Of a stretch of DNA of 64,000 nt, positions 9,150 to 18,131 are shown in pieces (positions within the stretch are counted from its first letter, which is position 1; every line of letters starts with the position of its first letter). The DNA is from an uncultured Chthonomonadaceae bacterium (GTDB lineage: Bacteria > Armatimonadota > Chthonomonadetes > Chthonomonadales > Chthonomonadaceae), in contig CAWFQB010000002.1 of NCBI GenBank assembly GCA_963817895.1, positions 224,001 through 288,000 on the forward strand. The letters are read 5' to 3'. The notes beneath the pieces were generated by a model. That model was given only the letters and a program-made list of their open reading frames with translations. It did not search any database and was not told the origin of the DNA. A program made the position numbers and the translations under genes.

Positions 9150-11585
9150 TTGAGCGATGATAATTTACTACAACCTGAACTGCTCAACGAAGCCGATACT
9201 TGCCGGAAGTACGTCACGCCACGCCTGCAAGCCGCAGGCTGGGAAGCCGAGCCGCACTCGCTCGTGGAGCAGTACACCTTTACCGCGGGCCGCATCCAGA
9301 TTAGGGGCCAGAAGGCGAAGCGCAAGCCCGGCAAGCGTGCCGATTATCTACTTCGCTATACCCGTGATTACCCCATCGCAGTTGTTGAGGCAAAGGCCGA
9401 AGAATTGCCCGCCGCGCAAGGCGTTGAACAGGCGAAAGAGTACGCAGAGGTGCTTGGGCTGTATTTCGCCTATTCTACAAATGGCAAAGAAATCATTGAA
9501 TTCGACTACCTGGCAGGAACGGAACAGGTTGTTGCCGACTATCCCACCCCTGCCCAATTATGGCAGCGGCTTCGGGTAGCACGCAAAGTGACTAAAGACT
9601 CCGAGGCGGTTTTGCTGTCGCCCTCCTACCATCAGGGTGTAGGTGCAACACGCTACTATCAGGACATCGCCATCCAGCGCGTACTGGAAGCCGTCCTTGC
9701 CGGACAACGCCGGGTTCTTCTCACCTGCGCTACGGGTACTGGCAAGAGCAATATCGCCTTTCAGATTGCTTGGAAGTTGTGGAATGCGCGCTGGAACCAG
9801 ACAGGCCGCCAGGGACGCCCGCGTGTTTTGTTTATTGCTGACCGCTCGGTGTTGGTTGACGACCCTATGGACAAAATGTTCGCGCCGCTCGGTACAGCGA
9901 GACACAAGATCGAAGGCAAGGCAGAGACCGGGCGCGACATCTACTTCGCCACCTATCAATCTCTTGCCGGAGACGAGCGGCGAGACGGGTTGTATCGTGA
10001 GTTCGATCCCAACTTCTTTGACCTGGTGATTGTGGATGAAGCGCATCGAGGCAGCGCACGCGAGGATTCCAACTGGCGCGACATCCTCAACCATTTTGCA
10101 CCGGCCTATCAGTTGGGTATGACCGCCAGCCCCATACGCGATTCAAATCGCGACACCTACCAGTATTTCGGCAACCCCGTTTATACATATAGTCTCAAGC
10201 AAGGAATAGATGACGGCTTCCTCGCACCGTACCGCGTTTACCGCATCCAAACTGTCTGGGATGAGATTGGCTACCGCCCCGGCAAGGGAGCCGTAGATCG
10301 ACATGGGCAGGCTATCCCCGACGAAATCTTCAAGACCAAAGACTTCGAGCGCGTCATTGTGTTGCAGGCGCGCACGGAGGCCATTGCTCGTCACCTCTCC
10401 GACTTTCTCAAGTCCACAGATCGGTTCGCCAAAACCATCGTGTTTTGCGCGAACCAGGAACACGCGCTCGCCATGCGGCAGGCGCTTATCAATGAGAACC
10501 GCGACCTGGTAAAAACCTACCCCAACTACGTTTGTCGGGTGACGGCTGACGAGGGCGACATCGGACGGGCTCATCTGTCACGCTTTCAAGAAGTGGACAC
10601 CAAAACGCCCACAATCCTGACAACGAGCCAACTGCTCACTACGGGCGTAGATGCCCCCACTTGCAAGAATGTCGTTCTCGTGCGCCCGATTGACAGCATG
10701 GTGGAATTCAAACAGATAATCGGCAGGGGAACACGGGTTCGGGAAGACTACGGCAAACTGTTCTTCAACATTCTTGATTACGCAGGTTCCGCGAGCGAAC
10801 GCTTCGCCGACCCACAATTCGATGGCGATCCGGCCCTGCTCACTGAAATAGAATTGGACGAACACGGGCAGGCCACTGAGGAGAACATCCGCGCCGCTGA
10901 GGAGAAAGAAGCCTCTGATCCCGAAGACGAAGATGCCAATGTAGGTGAGGAGGATGCCGATGAAGGTTATACTGGCGGCTACAAAGGCGGCGGGCGACGC
11001 AAGAAGTATTATGTAGACGGCGGCATCGTTCAGATTGCCAGCGAGATTGTACAGGAATTAGACGCGGATGGTAATGTCCTGCGAGTCATGCGTCTGACCG
11101 ACTACACGGCAGACAAGATGCGGATGCTGTGCGCCACGCCCGAAGAAATGCAGCAGTCATGGAGCGACCCGGTACAGCGGGGCGAGATCGTGAACGCGCT
11201 GGAAGAACGCGGCATAGATTTTGAGGAACTGGCGCGCGTAGTGGGCAAGCCGGACGCCGATCCCTTCGACGTACTCTGCCATCTCGCCTACCAAGCGCCC
11301 CTGCTCACCCGCCGTGAGCGCGCCGACCGATTGAAGCGCAGTAAGCCCGACTTCTTTGACGCCTACGGCCCTACCGCCCGTGCCATTTTGGAAGAACTAC
11401 TGGACAAGTACGCAGAGCATGGCGTGGAGCAGTTTCAAATTCCCGATGCGCTGAAAGTGCCGCCGATTTCCAACCACGGCAACATTTCGGAGATCATAAA
11501 GGCGTTTGGCGGCGCGGAGGTGTTGAGAAGCGCGGTGATGGGATTGCAAGCCATGCTGTACGAACAGGCGGGAACCGCCAGATGA
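9150..11585 (+). CDS. hsdR: Type I restriction enzyme R subunit (EcoEI-like)
   Basis: EADT..ADYLL..VVEAK nuclease; ATGTGKS, VDEAHRGS, FKQIIGRGTR helicase motifs; EcoEI-type C-terminus; TTG start after aggag. Confidence 0.93.
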   Translation: MSDDNLLQPELLNEADTCRKYVTPRLQAAGWEAEPHSLVEQYTFTAGRIQIRGQKAKRKPGKRADYLLRYTRDYPIAVVEAKAEELPAAQGVEQAKEYAEVLGLYFAYSTNGKEIIEFDYLAGTEQVVADYPTPAQLWQRLRVARKVTKDSEAVLLSPSYHQGVGATRYYQDIAIQRVLEAVLAGQRRVLLTCATGTGKSNIAFQIAWKLWNARWNQTGRQGRPRVLFIADRSVLVDDPMDKMFAPLGTARHKIEGKAETGRDIYFATYQSLAGDERRDGLYREFDPNFFDLVIVDEAHRGSAREDSNWRDILNHFAPAYQLGMTASPIRDSNRDTYQYFGNPVYTYSLKQGIDDGFLAPYRVYRIQTVWDEIGYRPGKGAVDRHGQAIPDEIFKTKDFERVIVLQARTEAIARHLSDFLKSTDRFAKTIVFCANQEHALAMRQALINENRDLVKTYPNYVCRVTADEGDIGRAHLSRFQEVDTKTPTILTTSQLLTTGVDAPTCKNVVLVRPIDSMVEFKQIIGRGTRVREDYGKLFFNILDYAGSASERFADPQFDGDPALLTEIELDEHGQATEENIRAAEEKEASDPEDEDANVGEEDADEGYTGGYKGGGRRKKYYVDGGIVQIASEIVQELDADGNVLRVMRLTDYTADKMRMLCATPEEMQQSWSDPVQRGEIVNALEERGIDFEELARVVGKPDADPFDVLCHLAYQAPLLTRRERADRLKRSKPDFFDAYGPTARAILEELLDKYAEHGVEQFQIPDALKVPPISNHGNISEIIKAFGGAEVLRSAVMGLQAMLYEQAGTAR

Positions 11586-12154
11586 AAATCAACTTTGGTG
11601 TCTTCGGCAAGAAAGACGAATTCGCCATCGAGATTCCTGAGCCTTTTGCGGCGGCACCTGACGAACCAGAACATACAAGTGCCACTGGCATCATAGCGGA
11701 TGTCGAGGAAACCCACAGTCTTGCAAAGGCATTCCGTCAGGCAATTCAGAAGTGTGACCAAGATTTGCTGCCCATAAACTTTGAACGTTTTCCAAATGGA
11801 GCCTGCGGCGTGACCTCGCGCCTGCTGCAAAAGTACCTGCGTGAGCGTGATCAGGGCGAGTTTAATTACATCTATGGAATACGGACGTGGAAATCCCAGA
11901 GTTGGCGCTCTCACGCCTGGTTGGAACAGAACGGCTTGATTGTGGACATCACTGCGGATCAATTTTATGATATGCGACGGGCTGTGTTGGTTACAACGGA
12001 TCGCGCATGGCATACTAAGTTTCGTAAACGACGAATTTCTCGTGGCACAACATGGGAAAGGGGCAGTTGTTCGGCAGACGAAAATCTGCTTACCACCTAT
12101 CCGCACATTGCCACCCTCGCGGATGAAATTCGAGAAAAAAGTAGGAAGGATTGA
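11582..12154 (+). CDS. Hypothetical protein with papain/transglutaminase-like Cys-His-Asp motifs, inserted between hsdR and hsdM
   Basis: FPNGACG..S.LL; SHAWLE..GLIVDITADQF; 4-nt overlaps with both neighbours. Confidence 0.7.
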   Translation: MKINFGVFGKKDEFAIEIPEPFAAAPDEPEHTSATGIIADVEETHSLAKAFRQAIQKCDQDLLPINFERFPNGACGVTSRLLQKYLRERDQGEFNYIYGIRTWKSQSWRSHAWLEQNGLIVDITADQFYDMRRAVLVTTDRAWHTKFRKRRISRGTTWERGSCSADENLLTTYPHIATLADEIREKSRKD

Positions 12155-14040
12155 CAGAGCACATGCCTTCGAGAAAAAAGGAGCAAATGGAACTGGCAGG
12201 GATGCCCGCAAAGCCCATACGTGCTAAACGCGAGGAAAAACAGGTGACCACGGCGCAGCGTCTTGGCAGTCTCGTCAAGTCCGCGCGCGACCTCATGCGT
12301 AAAGATAAGGGACTTTCCGGGGACGCTGACCGGCTGCCGCAACTCACCTGGATTATGTTCCTCAAGTTCCTAGACGATTTGGAACGAACGCGCGAGGAGG
12401 CGGCTCCGCTATCCGGGGAGGTGTTCCGCCCTATTCTGGAAACTCCCTACCGCTGGCGCGATTGGGCGGATCGTGAGAGTGGGCCAACCGGCGACGACCT
12501 TTTGGATTTCATCGGCGGGCAGGAAGTTGTAATTGGCAAGGATGCGACTGGGGCGGACATCAAAAAGCCGGGGCTGTTTCGGTATTTGCGCGGCTTTCAA
12601 GGCAGTGATAATCCGCAACGCGCCGTCATCGGCAACATCTTCCGAAATGTCCAGAACCGCATGAACGACGGGTATCTCCTTCGCAGTGTTTTGAACCTTG
12701 TAGATGGGATTCATTTCGACAGCAGCGAGGAAATTCATACCCTGGGCCGGTTGTACGAGTCCATGCTCAAGGAGATGCGTGATGCAAGTGGCGACGCCGG
12801 GGAGTTTTATACGCCGCGCCCGGTCGTAAGGTTCATGGTCGAGGTGATGAACCCTCGCTTGGGCGAAACTGTGTACGATCCTGCCTGCGGCACAGGCGGC
12901 TTCCTGAGTGAGGCGTTCCTCCACCTCAAGCAGCAGTGCCGCAGGGCAGAGGATAACTCTACATTGCAGGCGCGCAGCATCCTGGGCGGTGAGGCCAAAC
13001 CGCTGCCGTATCTGCTGTGTGAAATGAATTTGCTGTTGCACGGGTTGGACGCGCCGGACGTGCGCTTCGACAATAGCCTCAAGGTACGGCTGGGCGAAAT
13101 TGGTGAACAAGAGCGCGTGAGCGTGGTACTTACCAACCCACCTTTCGGCGGTGAGGAGGAGGCGAGTGTGCAGAACGGCTTTCCAGCCGACAAGCGCACA
13201 TCGGAGACAGCCCTGTTGTTTCTGCAACTCATTATGAGGAAATTGCATCGTAGTCCTGAGCCGGGGCGAGCAGGCGTGGTTGTGCCCAACGGCATCTTGT
13301 TTGCGGACGGCGTTGCGGCGCGCATCAAGGAGGAACTGCTCACGGAGTTCCGCCTGCATACCATTGTGCGACTGCCCGTTGGTGTCTTCGCGCCGTACAC
13401 CAGCATCCCCACGAACCTGCTGTTTTTCGAGGCGGGCGCACCCACAACAGAAATCTGGTATTACGAGCAGCCTTTGCCCGAAGGCCGCAAATCCTACTCT
13501 AAGACGCAGCCCATGCAGTACGAGGAGTTTGCCCCGCTCTTAGCCTGGTGGGATGTGCGCGAGGAGAATGAGCGCGCCTGGCGTGTGGATTGGACACAGA
13601 CCTATGAGACGGCGCGCACGGCGGCACAACCGCACTGGGACGCCGCGCAGGAAGCGGAAGCCAAAGCCCGCGAGTATGGCGCGACAGCGAAGGAGGCGGG
13701 TGAGCAGATGCAATCGGCGCAACGTCTTCTGCAATCCGGGATGCTGCCGCAGGAGGAGCGCGCTCGCATACAGGCTGAAATCGAGAACCAGCGTGCCCGA
13801 CGCGATCAGGCCCAAGAAATCGAACGCAGCCTTCGGGAGCGCGTCCGCGAGGAGCAGACAAAAGGCGATGCCCTGTATTGGCCCATCTACAACCTGGATC
13901 GCAAAAATCCGAGTCGTGCTGAGGACTTTGAACATTTGCCGCCTGAACAACTGATTGGCGATATTCTGAATAAAGAACTGCAAATTATCTCTTTGATGCA
14001 AGAGATCGAGCGAGCGCTTTTGGTAGGGGTAACAGCATGA
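12151..14040 (+). CDS. hsdM: Type I RM N6-adenine methyltransferase
   Basis: GEFYTPRPVV, YDPACGTGGFL, LTNPPFGG; ~100-aa coiled-coil insert near the C-terminus. Confidence 0.93.
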   Translation: MTEHMPSRKKEQMELAGMPAKPIRAKREEKQVTTAQRLGSLVKSARDLMRKDKGLSGDADRLPQLTWIMFLKFLDDLERTREEAAPLSGEVFRPILETPYRWRDWADRESGPTGDDLLDFIGGQEVVIGKDATGADIKKPGLFRYLRGFQGSDNPQRAVIGNIFRNVQNRMNDGYLLRSVLNLVDGIHFDSSEEIHTLGRLYESMLKEMRDASGDAGEFYTPRPVVRFMVEVMNPRLGETVYDPACGTGGFLSEAFLHLKQQCRRAEDNSTLQARSILGGEAKPLPYLLCEMNLLLHGLDAPDVRFDNSLKVRLGEIGEQERVSVVLTNPPFGGEEEASVQNGFPADKRTSETALLFLQLIMRKLHRSPEPGRAGVVVPNGILFADGVAARIKEELLTEFRLHTIVRLPVGVFAPYTSIPTNLLFFEAGAPTTEIWYYEQPLPEGRKSYSKTQPMQYEEFAPLLAWWDVREENERAWRVDWTQTYETARTAAQPHWDAAQEAEAKAREYGATAKEAGEQMQSAQRLLQSGMLPQEERARIQAEIENQRARRDQAQEIERSLRERVREEQTKGDALYWPIYNLDRKNPSRAEDFEHLPPEQLIGDILNKELQIISLMQEIERALLVGVTA

Positions 14041-15189
14041 GCATAGGGTGGCCTCTCGTTCCATTGGCAAAAGTCGCTCGTCCTATCTCTCGCGTAGTGT
14101 CCGTTACATCTGGGGAAACCTATCGCACGATTGGGGTAAGGTGGTGGGGAGAGGGAGCGTATGAACGGCAAACCATAGACGGCTCCCAGACTGCCGCAAA
14201 AACCCTGAACATCGTCCGCGAAAACGATTTGATCATTAACAAAATATGGGTGCGACATGGTTCGACCGCAATTGCGTCTGCTGCGGTGGATGGATGTGCG
14301 GCTTCCGGCGAGTTTCCGATGTTTGAACTTGATCCAAGTCGTGTTATGCCACGTTGGATACACTGGTTGACCAAAATGCGTCCCTTCTGGGATAGTTGTG
14401 ACCGACTTTCTCAAGGAACAAGCGGCAAGAACCGCATACGTCCAGAGTTATTTCTCACAATCTTAGTTCCACTTCCGCCCCTACACGAACAGCAGCGCAT
14501 CGTGGCGCACATTGAGGAGTTGGTGGGCAAGATTACGCAAGCGGGGGAACTGAGACGTGAAAGCCGGAGAGATATGAGGGCTGCTCTACTGGCTTCCTAC
14601 TCGGCGATCATTAAAGACGCCTGCCGATTCACCATGTCAACTGTCGCTCCGCTGGTGCGCCGTCCCATCAATGTTATCGAAGAAACACTTTACCCGGAAC
14701 TTGGAATTCGGTCGTTTGGTAAAGGTACTTTCCATAAATCTCCAGTAAGGGGGAGTGAAATCGGCTCCAAACGGCTGTTTGGTATCGAACCTGGCGATCT
14801 GTTGTTCAACATTGTTTTCGCATGGGAGGGCGCAGTAGCCATTGCAAAACCAGAAGATGTTGGGCGCGTAGGTTCCCATCGCTTTCTGACTCGTGTTGTA
14901 AATCCCGATTTGGCGTTAGCCTCTTATCTCTGTTTCCACTTTTTGACCGAAAGAGGACTGGAACAACTACCAGCAAGCATCTCCCGGTGGCGCAGGAAGA
15001 AATCGCACTCTCGGCCTCAAAACATTGGAGAAAATTGAAGTACCGATTCCAACTCTTGACGCACAACGAACATTCGATAGATTGTTGGCGCGCAGTGACG
15101 CAATTGAAGCGTTGCAAAAAGAGGCCGATGTAAAAATAGAAGCCCTTGTACCTTCGTTGCTCGACCTGGCGTTCAGGGGCGAACTTTGA
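14037..15189 (+). CDS. hsdS: Type I RM specificity subunit; +1 frameshift at ~14971 (probable sequencing error)
   Basis: Two TRDs, PLPPLHEQQRIV; the shifted frame continues QQASPGGAGRNRTL...IPTLDAQ...SLLDLAFRGEL* (TGA 15187-15189). Confidence 0.85.
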
Positions 15190-15249
15190 TCGTATAAAGA
15201 GTCATTTAAGTCGCCCACTGAGGCTATACAATGCTTGGTGTTGTGTTCT

Positions 15250-15297
15250 TTTCCAGTGTGCAAAAATTTTGCACACTGGAAATTTTTATGCTATAAT
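15250..15297 (+). promoter_or_regulatory. Sigma70-type promoter with an overlapping 33-bp perfect palindrome (putative XRE operator)
   Basis: tttccagtgtgcaaaa-a-ttttgcacactggaaa (15250-15282); -35 TTGCAC 15269-15274, 17-nt spacer, extended TGn-TATAAT 15292-15297. Confidence 0.8.
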
Positions 15298-15352
15298 AGT
15301 CCAGACAATGAAGTTGTATTCAGAATCGGCAGAACGAGGAGACTAAACGCCC

Positions 15353-15874
15353 ATGAAAAAGAATTCAGCAGGCGGGTCGCCCCAGTCGGCCTCGGTCGTC
15401 AGTCTGGAAGATTTGGGGAAACTGATCCGCGAAAAGCGTAAGGCTGCGGATTTGACATTGGAACAGGCCGCGCAACAAGCAGGTGTCAGCGCGGCAACTC
15501 TTTCTCGATGGGAACGACAGGGAAGATTGCAAGAAGGCGTTGATGGTACAGCACGAACGATGCGCACCCCCGACATGCAGACCCTTGCCGCTATTACCCG
15601 CTGGCTCGGAGTGTCCATAGATAGGGTTAGCACTTTCGAGACACCACCGCCCGCGCACAGTGTGGTGCATCACGCAGGCGAAGCCACGCCTGACATTGTA
15701 GAAGCCCATCTAAGAGCAGATCGCAACCTTGACCCGGACACAGCCGGGGCGCTGTCGCGGATGTTTCGGGTCGCCTATGAGCAGTTTGCCAAGTTGCAGG
15801 CTGCTGCGCCGTCCGAAGATCGTCCAGAAAGGAAACCGGATAATGAGCCGGATGACGCCACCAAAACACAATGA
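15353..15874 (+). CDS. XRE-family HTH transcriptional regulator
   Basis: LGKLIREKRKAADLTLEQAAQQAGVSAATLSRWERQG. Confidence 0.88.
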   Translation: MKKNSAGGSPQSASVVSLEDLGKLIREKRKAADLTLEQAAQQAGVSAATLSRWERQGRLQEGVDGTARTMRTPDMQTLAAITRWLGVSIDRVSTFETPPPAHSVVHHAGEATPDIVEAHLRADRNLDPDTAGALSRMFRVAYEQFAKLQAAAPSEDRPERKPDNEPDDATKTQ

Positions 15875-16499
15875 GGACAAGGAAAGTAGCAATCGCGCGC
15901 CGCGTATAGTGACGACTGGATTGCGCGAGTTTCTGCGACGGATCGAGGAGAACGGACTGGCTCTGCGGCAGAAGGCAGGTATTGGGCCGGAAGAACGACT
16001 GTATCCGCGCAGACTGGCGACAGAGTTCAAGTTGCACTTCATGGAACTCAACGATATGGAAGCGCTTGCGCCCGCAGACCGGGCACACATCGAAAGCAGT
16101 GATGCCAGGAAGTGGTCGGGCAGCGGTCTTCCGCTTCCCAATGACGAGTGGTTGATTATCTTGCACCCCTGCCAAACACCGGAGCGCGCCACCGTGACCA
16201 CGATGGAAGAAATAGCGCATGTTCACTATAGACACAAACCTTGTCGCCTGGTAACAGATGCAGCCGGGGTGACGCATCGGGAGTACGACCCGGAAATTGA
16301 GGACGAAGCCTACTGGACAGCATCCGCAGCCCTATTGCCTTCTAAAGCCCTGGCGCGGCGCGTGTATAAAGGCGTGACCACGCAAGCCATTGCCGCGGAG
16401 TTCGGCGTCAGCACACAACTGGTAGAGTTCCGCATTAAGACACTGGGGTTGTGGAGTGACCACAAAGCGCGCCATCGGGAGGAGGCAGTCACCGCATGA
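15843..16499 (+). CDS. ImmA/IrrE-family metallopeptidase (EExxH variant)
   Basis: PERATVTTMEEIAHVHYRH...EIEDEAYWTASAALLP...IAAEFGVS..LVEFR; start uncertain. Confidence 0.8.
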   Translation: MSRMTPPKHNEDKESSNRAPRIVTTGLREFLRRIEENGLALRQKAGIGPEERLYPRRLATEFKLHFMELNDMEALAPADRAHIESSDARKWSGSGLPLPNDEWLIILHPCQTPERATVTTMEEIAHVHYRHKPCRLVTDAAGVTHREYDPEIEDEAYWTASAALLPSKALARRVYKGVTTQAIAAEFGVSTQLVEFRIKTLGLWSDHKARHREEAVTA

Positions 16500-17479
16500 A
16501 AGTGTCTATTGAGGAGTTCAGTGCCTTATTATCCACGCCCTTGAGGGAACTTGGGGCGAAGCAGGTCGCTCGTTCCTCCTACCATGCGGATCAAAATGGT
16601 TACCGGATGGCAACATCTCCATCCAGTACAGATGGATTATTGCAAACTCGGCTGCGAATGTCGTTTTCGGCGGCGGAGCGGGAAGCGGTGAGATTGGTGG
16701 CACAGAACCGCCCGCTCCCGTTGCGGGAGTTCGACCAAATACCAATGTACAACCGCGATCTGCTCCGTCAGGCCAAATTGATCGCACCCTATCTGGCGGG
16801 TAAGACAGTCGCCTTTGTGGGAGACATTGATAGCACTAGCCTGATGCTGGGGATGCTAACCCTCTGTAGCAACCCGTCGCCTGCGCGTATGGTACTGCTC
16901 GACTTCGATGCCCGCCTGCTCACGGCGGCAAGGAAAATGGCGTCTCGCTATGGGTTTTCACGTCTGCTGGAAACCCGGATGCACAATTTCTTTGATCCTG
17001 TGCCCGCTGACCTGATTGGTACCTGTGATTGGTTTTATACCAACCCACCTTTCGGCTCGAACAATCAAGGGGCGAGCGCACAATTGTTTATAGCACGCGG
17101 ACAGGAACTCTGCAAAGAGGAAGGGGCAAGCGGCTGTATTATCATGCCATACGACACGAACAGAGCGTGGACTACGCAGACATGGCTGGCAACGCAACGG
17201 TTCCTTGTAAATGGCGGATGGGGTGTACGCGAAAAAGTGGATGGTATGCACCGTTACCATTTGGATGATGACCCGGAACTGACCTCCTCCATGATCTTGG
17301 TAGATGCAATCATGGGAGGATTACTGGACGCTGCATCTTACGCAGGGCGGCGCGTTCCTTTTGATGAAATCCCTTTGTTCTATGGGCGTAGTGTGCAGCC
17401 GCCGTATCCGCGCTACATTCGAGAGGACGGCAGTTTCGACATGGATTGGAGCGTCGAGGAAGGCGGTTACAGCATATAG
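16496..17479 (+). CDS. BpsA/DUF43-like SAM-dependent transferase (branched-chain polyamine synthase family)
   Basis: RPLPLREFDQ, FVGDIDSTSL, LDFDARL, DPVPADL.G..DWFYTNPPF..LFIARG; ATGA overlap with the peptidase gene. Confidence 0.75.
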   Translation: MKVSIEEFSALLSTPLRELGAKQVARSSYHADQNGYRMATSPSSTDGLLQTRLRMSFSAAEREAVRLVAQNRPLPLREFDQIPMYNRDLLRQAKLIAPYLAGKTVAFVGDIDSTSLMLGMLTLCSNPSPARMVLLDFDARLLTAARKMASRYGFSRLLETRMHNFFDPVPADLIGTCDWFYTNPPFGSNNQGASAQLFIARGQELCKEEGASGCIIMPYDTNRAWTTQTWLATQRFLVNGGWGVREKVDGMHRYHLDDDPELTSSMILVDAIMGGLLDAASYAGRRVPFDEIPLFYGRSVQPPYPRYIREDGSFDMDWSVEEGGYSI

Positions 17480-17480
17480 C

Positions 17481-17960
17481 ATGGAAGAACAAATGGATAA
17501 CTCAACCCGCCGAACGTGGATTTTTCAAGGAAATCCTGATAAGTACCGTCTCGAAAATGCGCTGCAAAACGAAAAGGAAGAATGGTGGAATCTGAATCAA
17601 CACGCCAAGAGTGTGCGCGCCGGGGATCGCGCTTTGATCTGGATTTCTGGAGAGAAGGCAGGGATTTATGCGATTGGCAGTGTGCTGACCGCCCCGGAAG
17701 TCCGGCCTGACTCCACGACTGGCACAGGTTACTGGTACAACCCCACCGAAGGTCTAAAAGCGAAGTCCCGTGTCCGTGTGCGCTACGAACGTCTGCTGTT
17801 CAAACAGCCATTGCGAAAGGCATATTTACAAGCCGACCCCAACCTGTGGGATATGACCATTCTCCACATGCCGCGCGCGACAATCTTTGCGGTCAGCGCG
17901 GATGAATGGCAGGCTATTGAAGCCTGGTTGGATGAGAATACAGACGCCGAAGTATTATAG
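17481..17960 (+). CDS. EVE (PUA-like) domain protein
   Basis: TWIFQGNPDKY..W..VRAGDRALIWISG..AGIYAIG.V; starts 1 nt after the upstream stop. Confidence 0.8.
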   Translation: MEEQMDNSTRRTWIFQGNPDKYRLENALQNEKEEWWNLNQHAKSVRAGDRALIWISGEKAGIYAIGSVLTAPEVRPDSTTGTGYWYNPTEGLKAKSRVRVRYERLLFKQPLRKAYLQADPNLWDMTILHMPRATIFAVSADEWQAIEAWLDENTDAEVL

Positions 17961-18131
17961 GGATTAAACGCCCAGTGGTGGGCGTGTCTCTTAAACAAGA
18001 ACATACCTGTGCCTAGAAACGAGGGCCTGCATTTTAGTCCCAACCTGAAAAAATAATGCGGTAGTTTCCTGATTTCATTTTGCTGTCGTAGTGGTCAAGT
18101 TTGAATTCCAAATAGGAGGTCGTCTACAACA

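Noticed and set aside
14960..14980. Phase-variable or programmed frameshift in hsdS
   Set aside because: No homopolymer or slippery tract; similar indels occur throughout the window.
16205..16225. EEIAH instead of HExxH as a sign of a dead peptidase
   Set aside because: EExxH variants are common among ImmA-like proteins of mobile elements; not evidence of inactivity.
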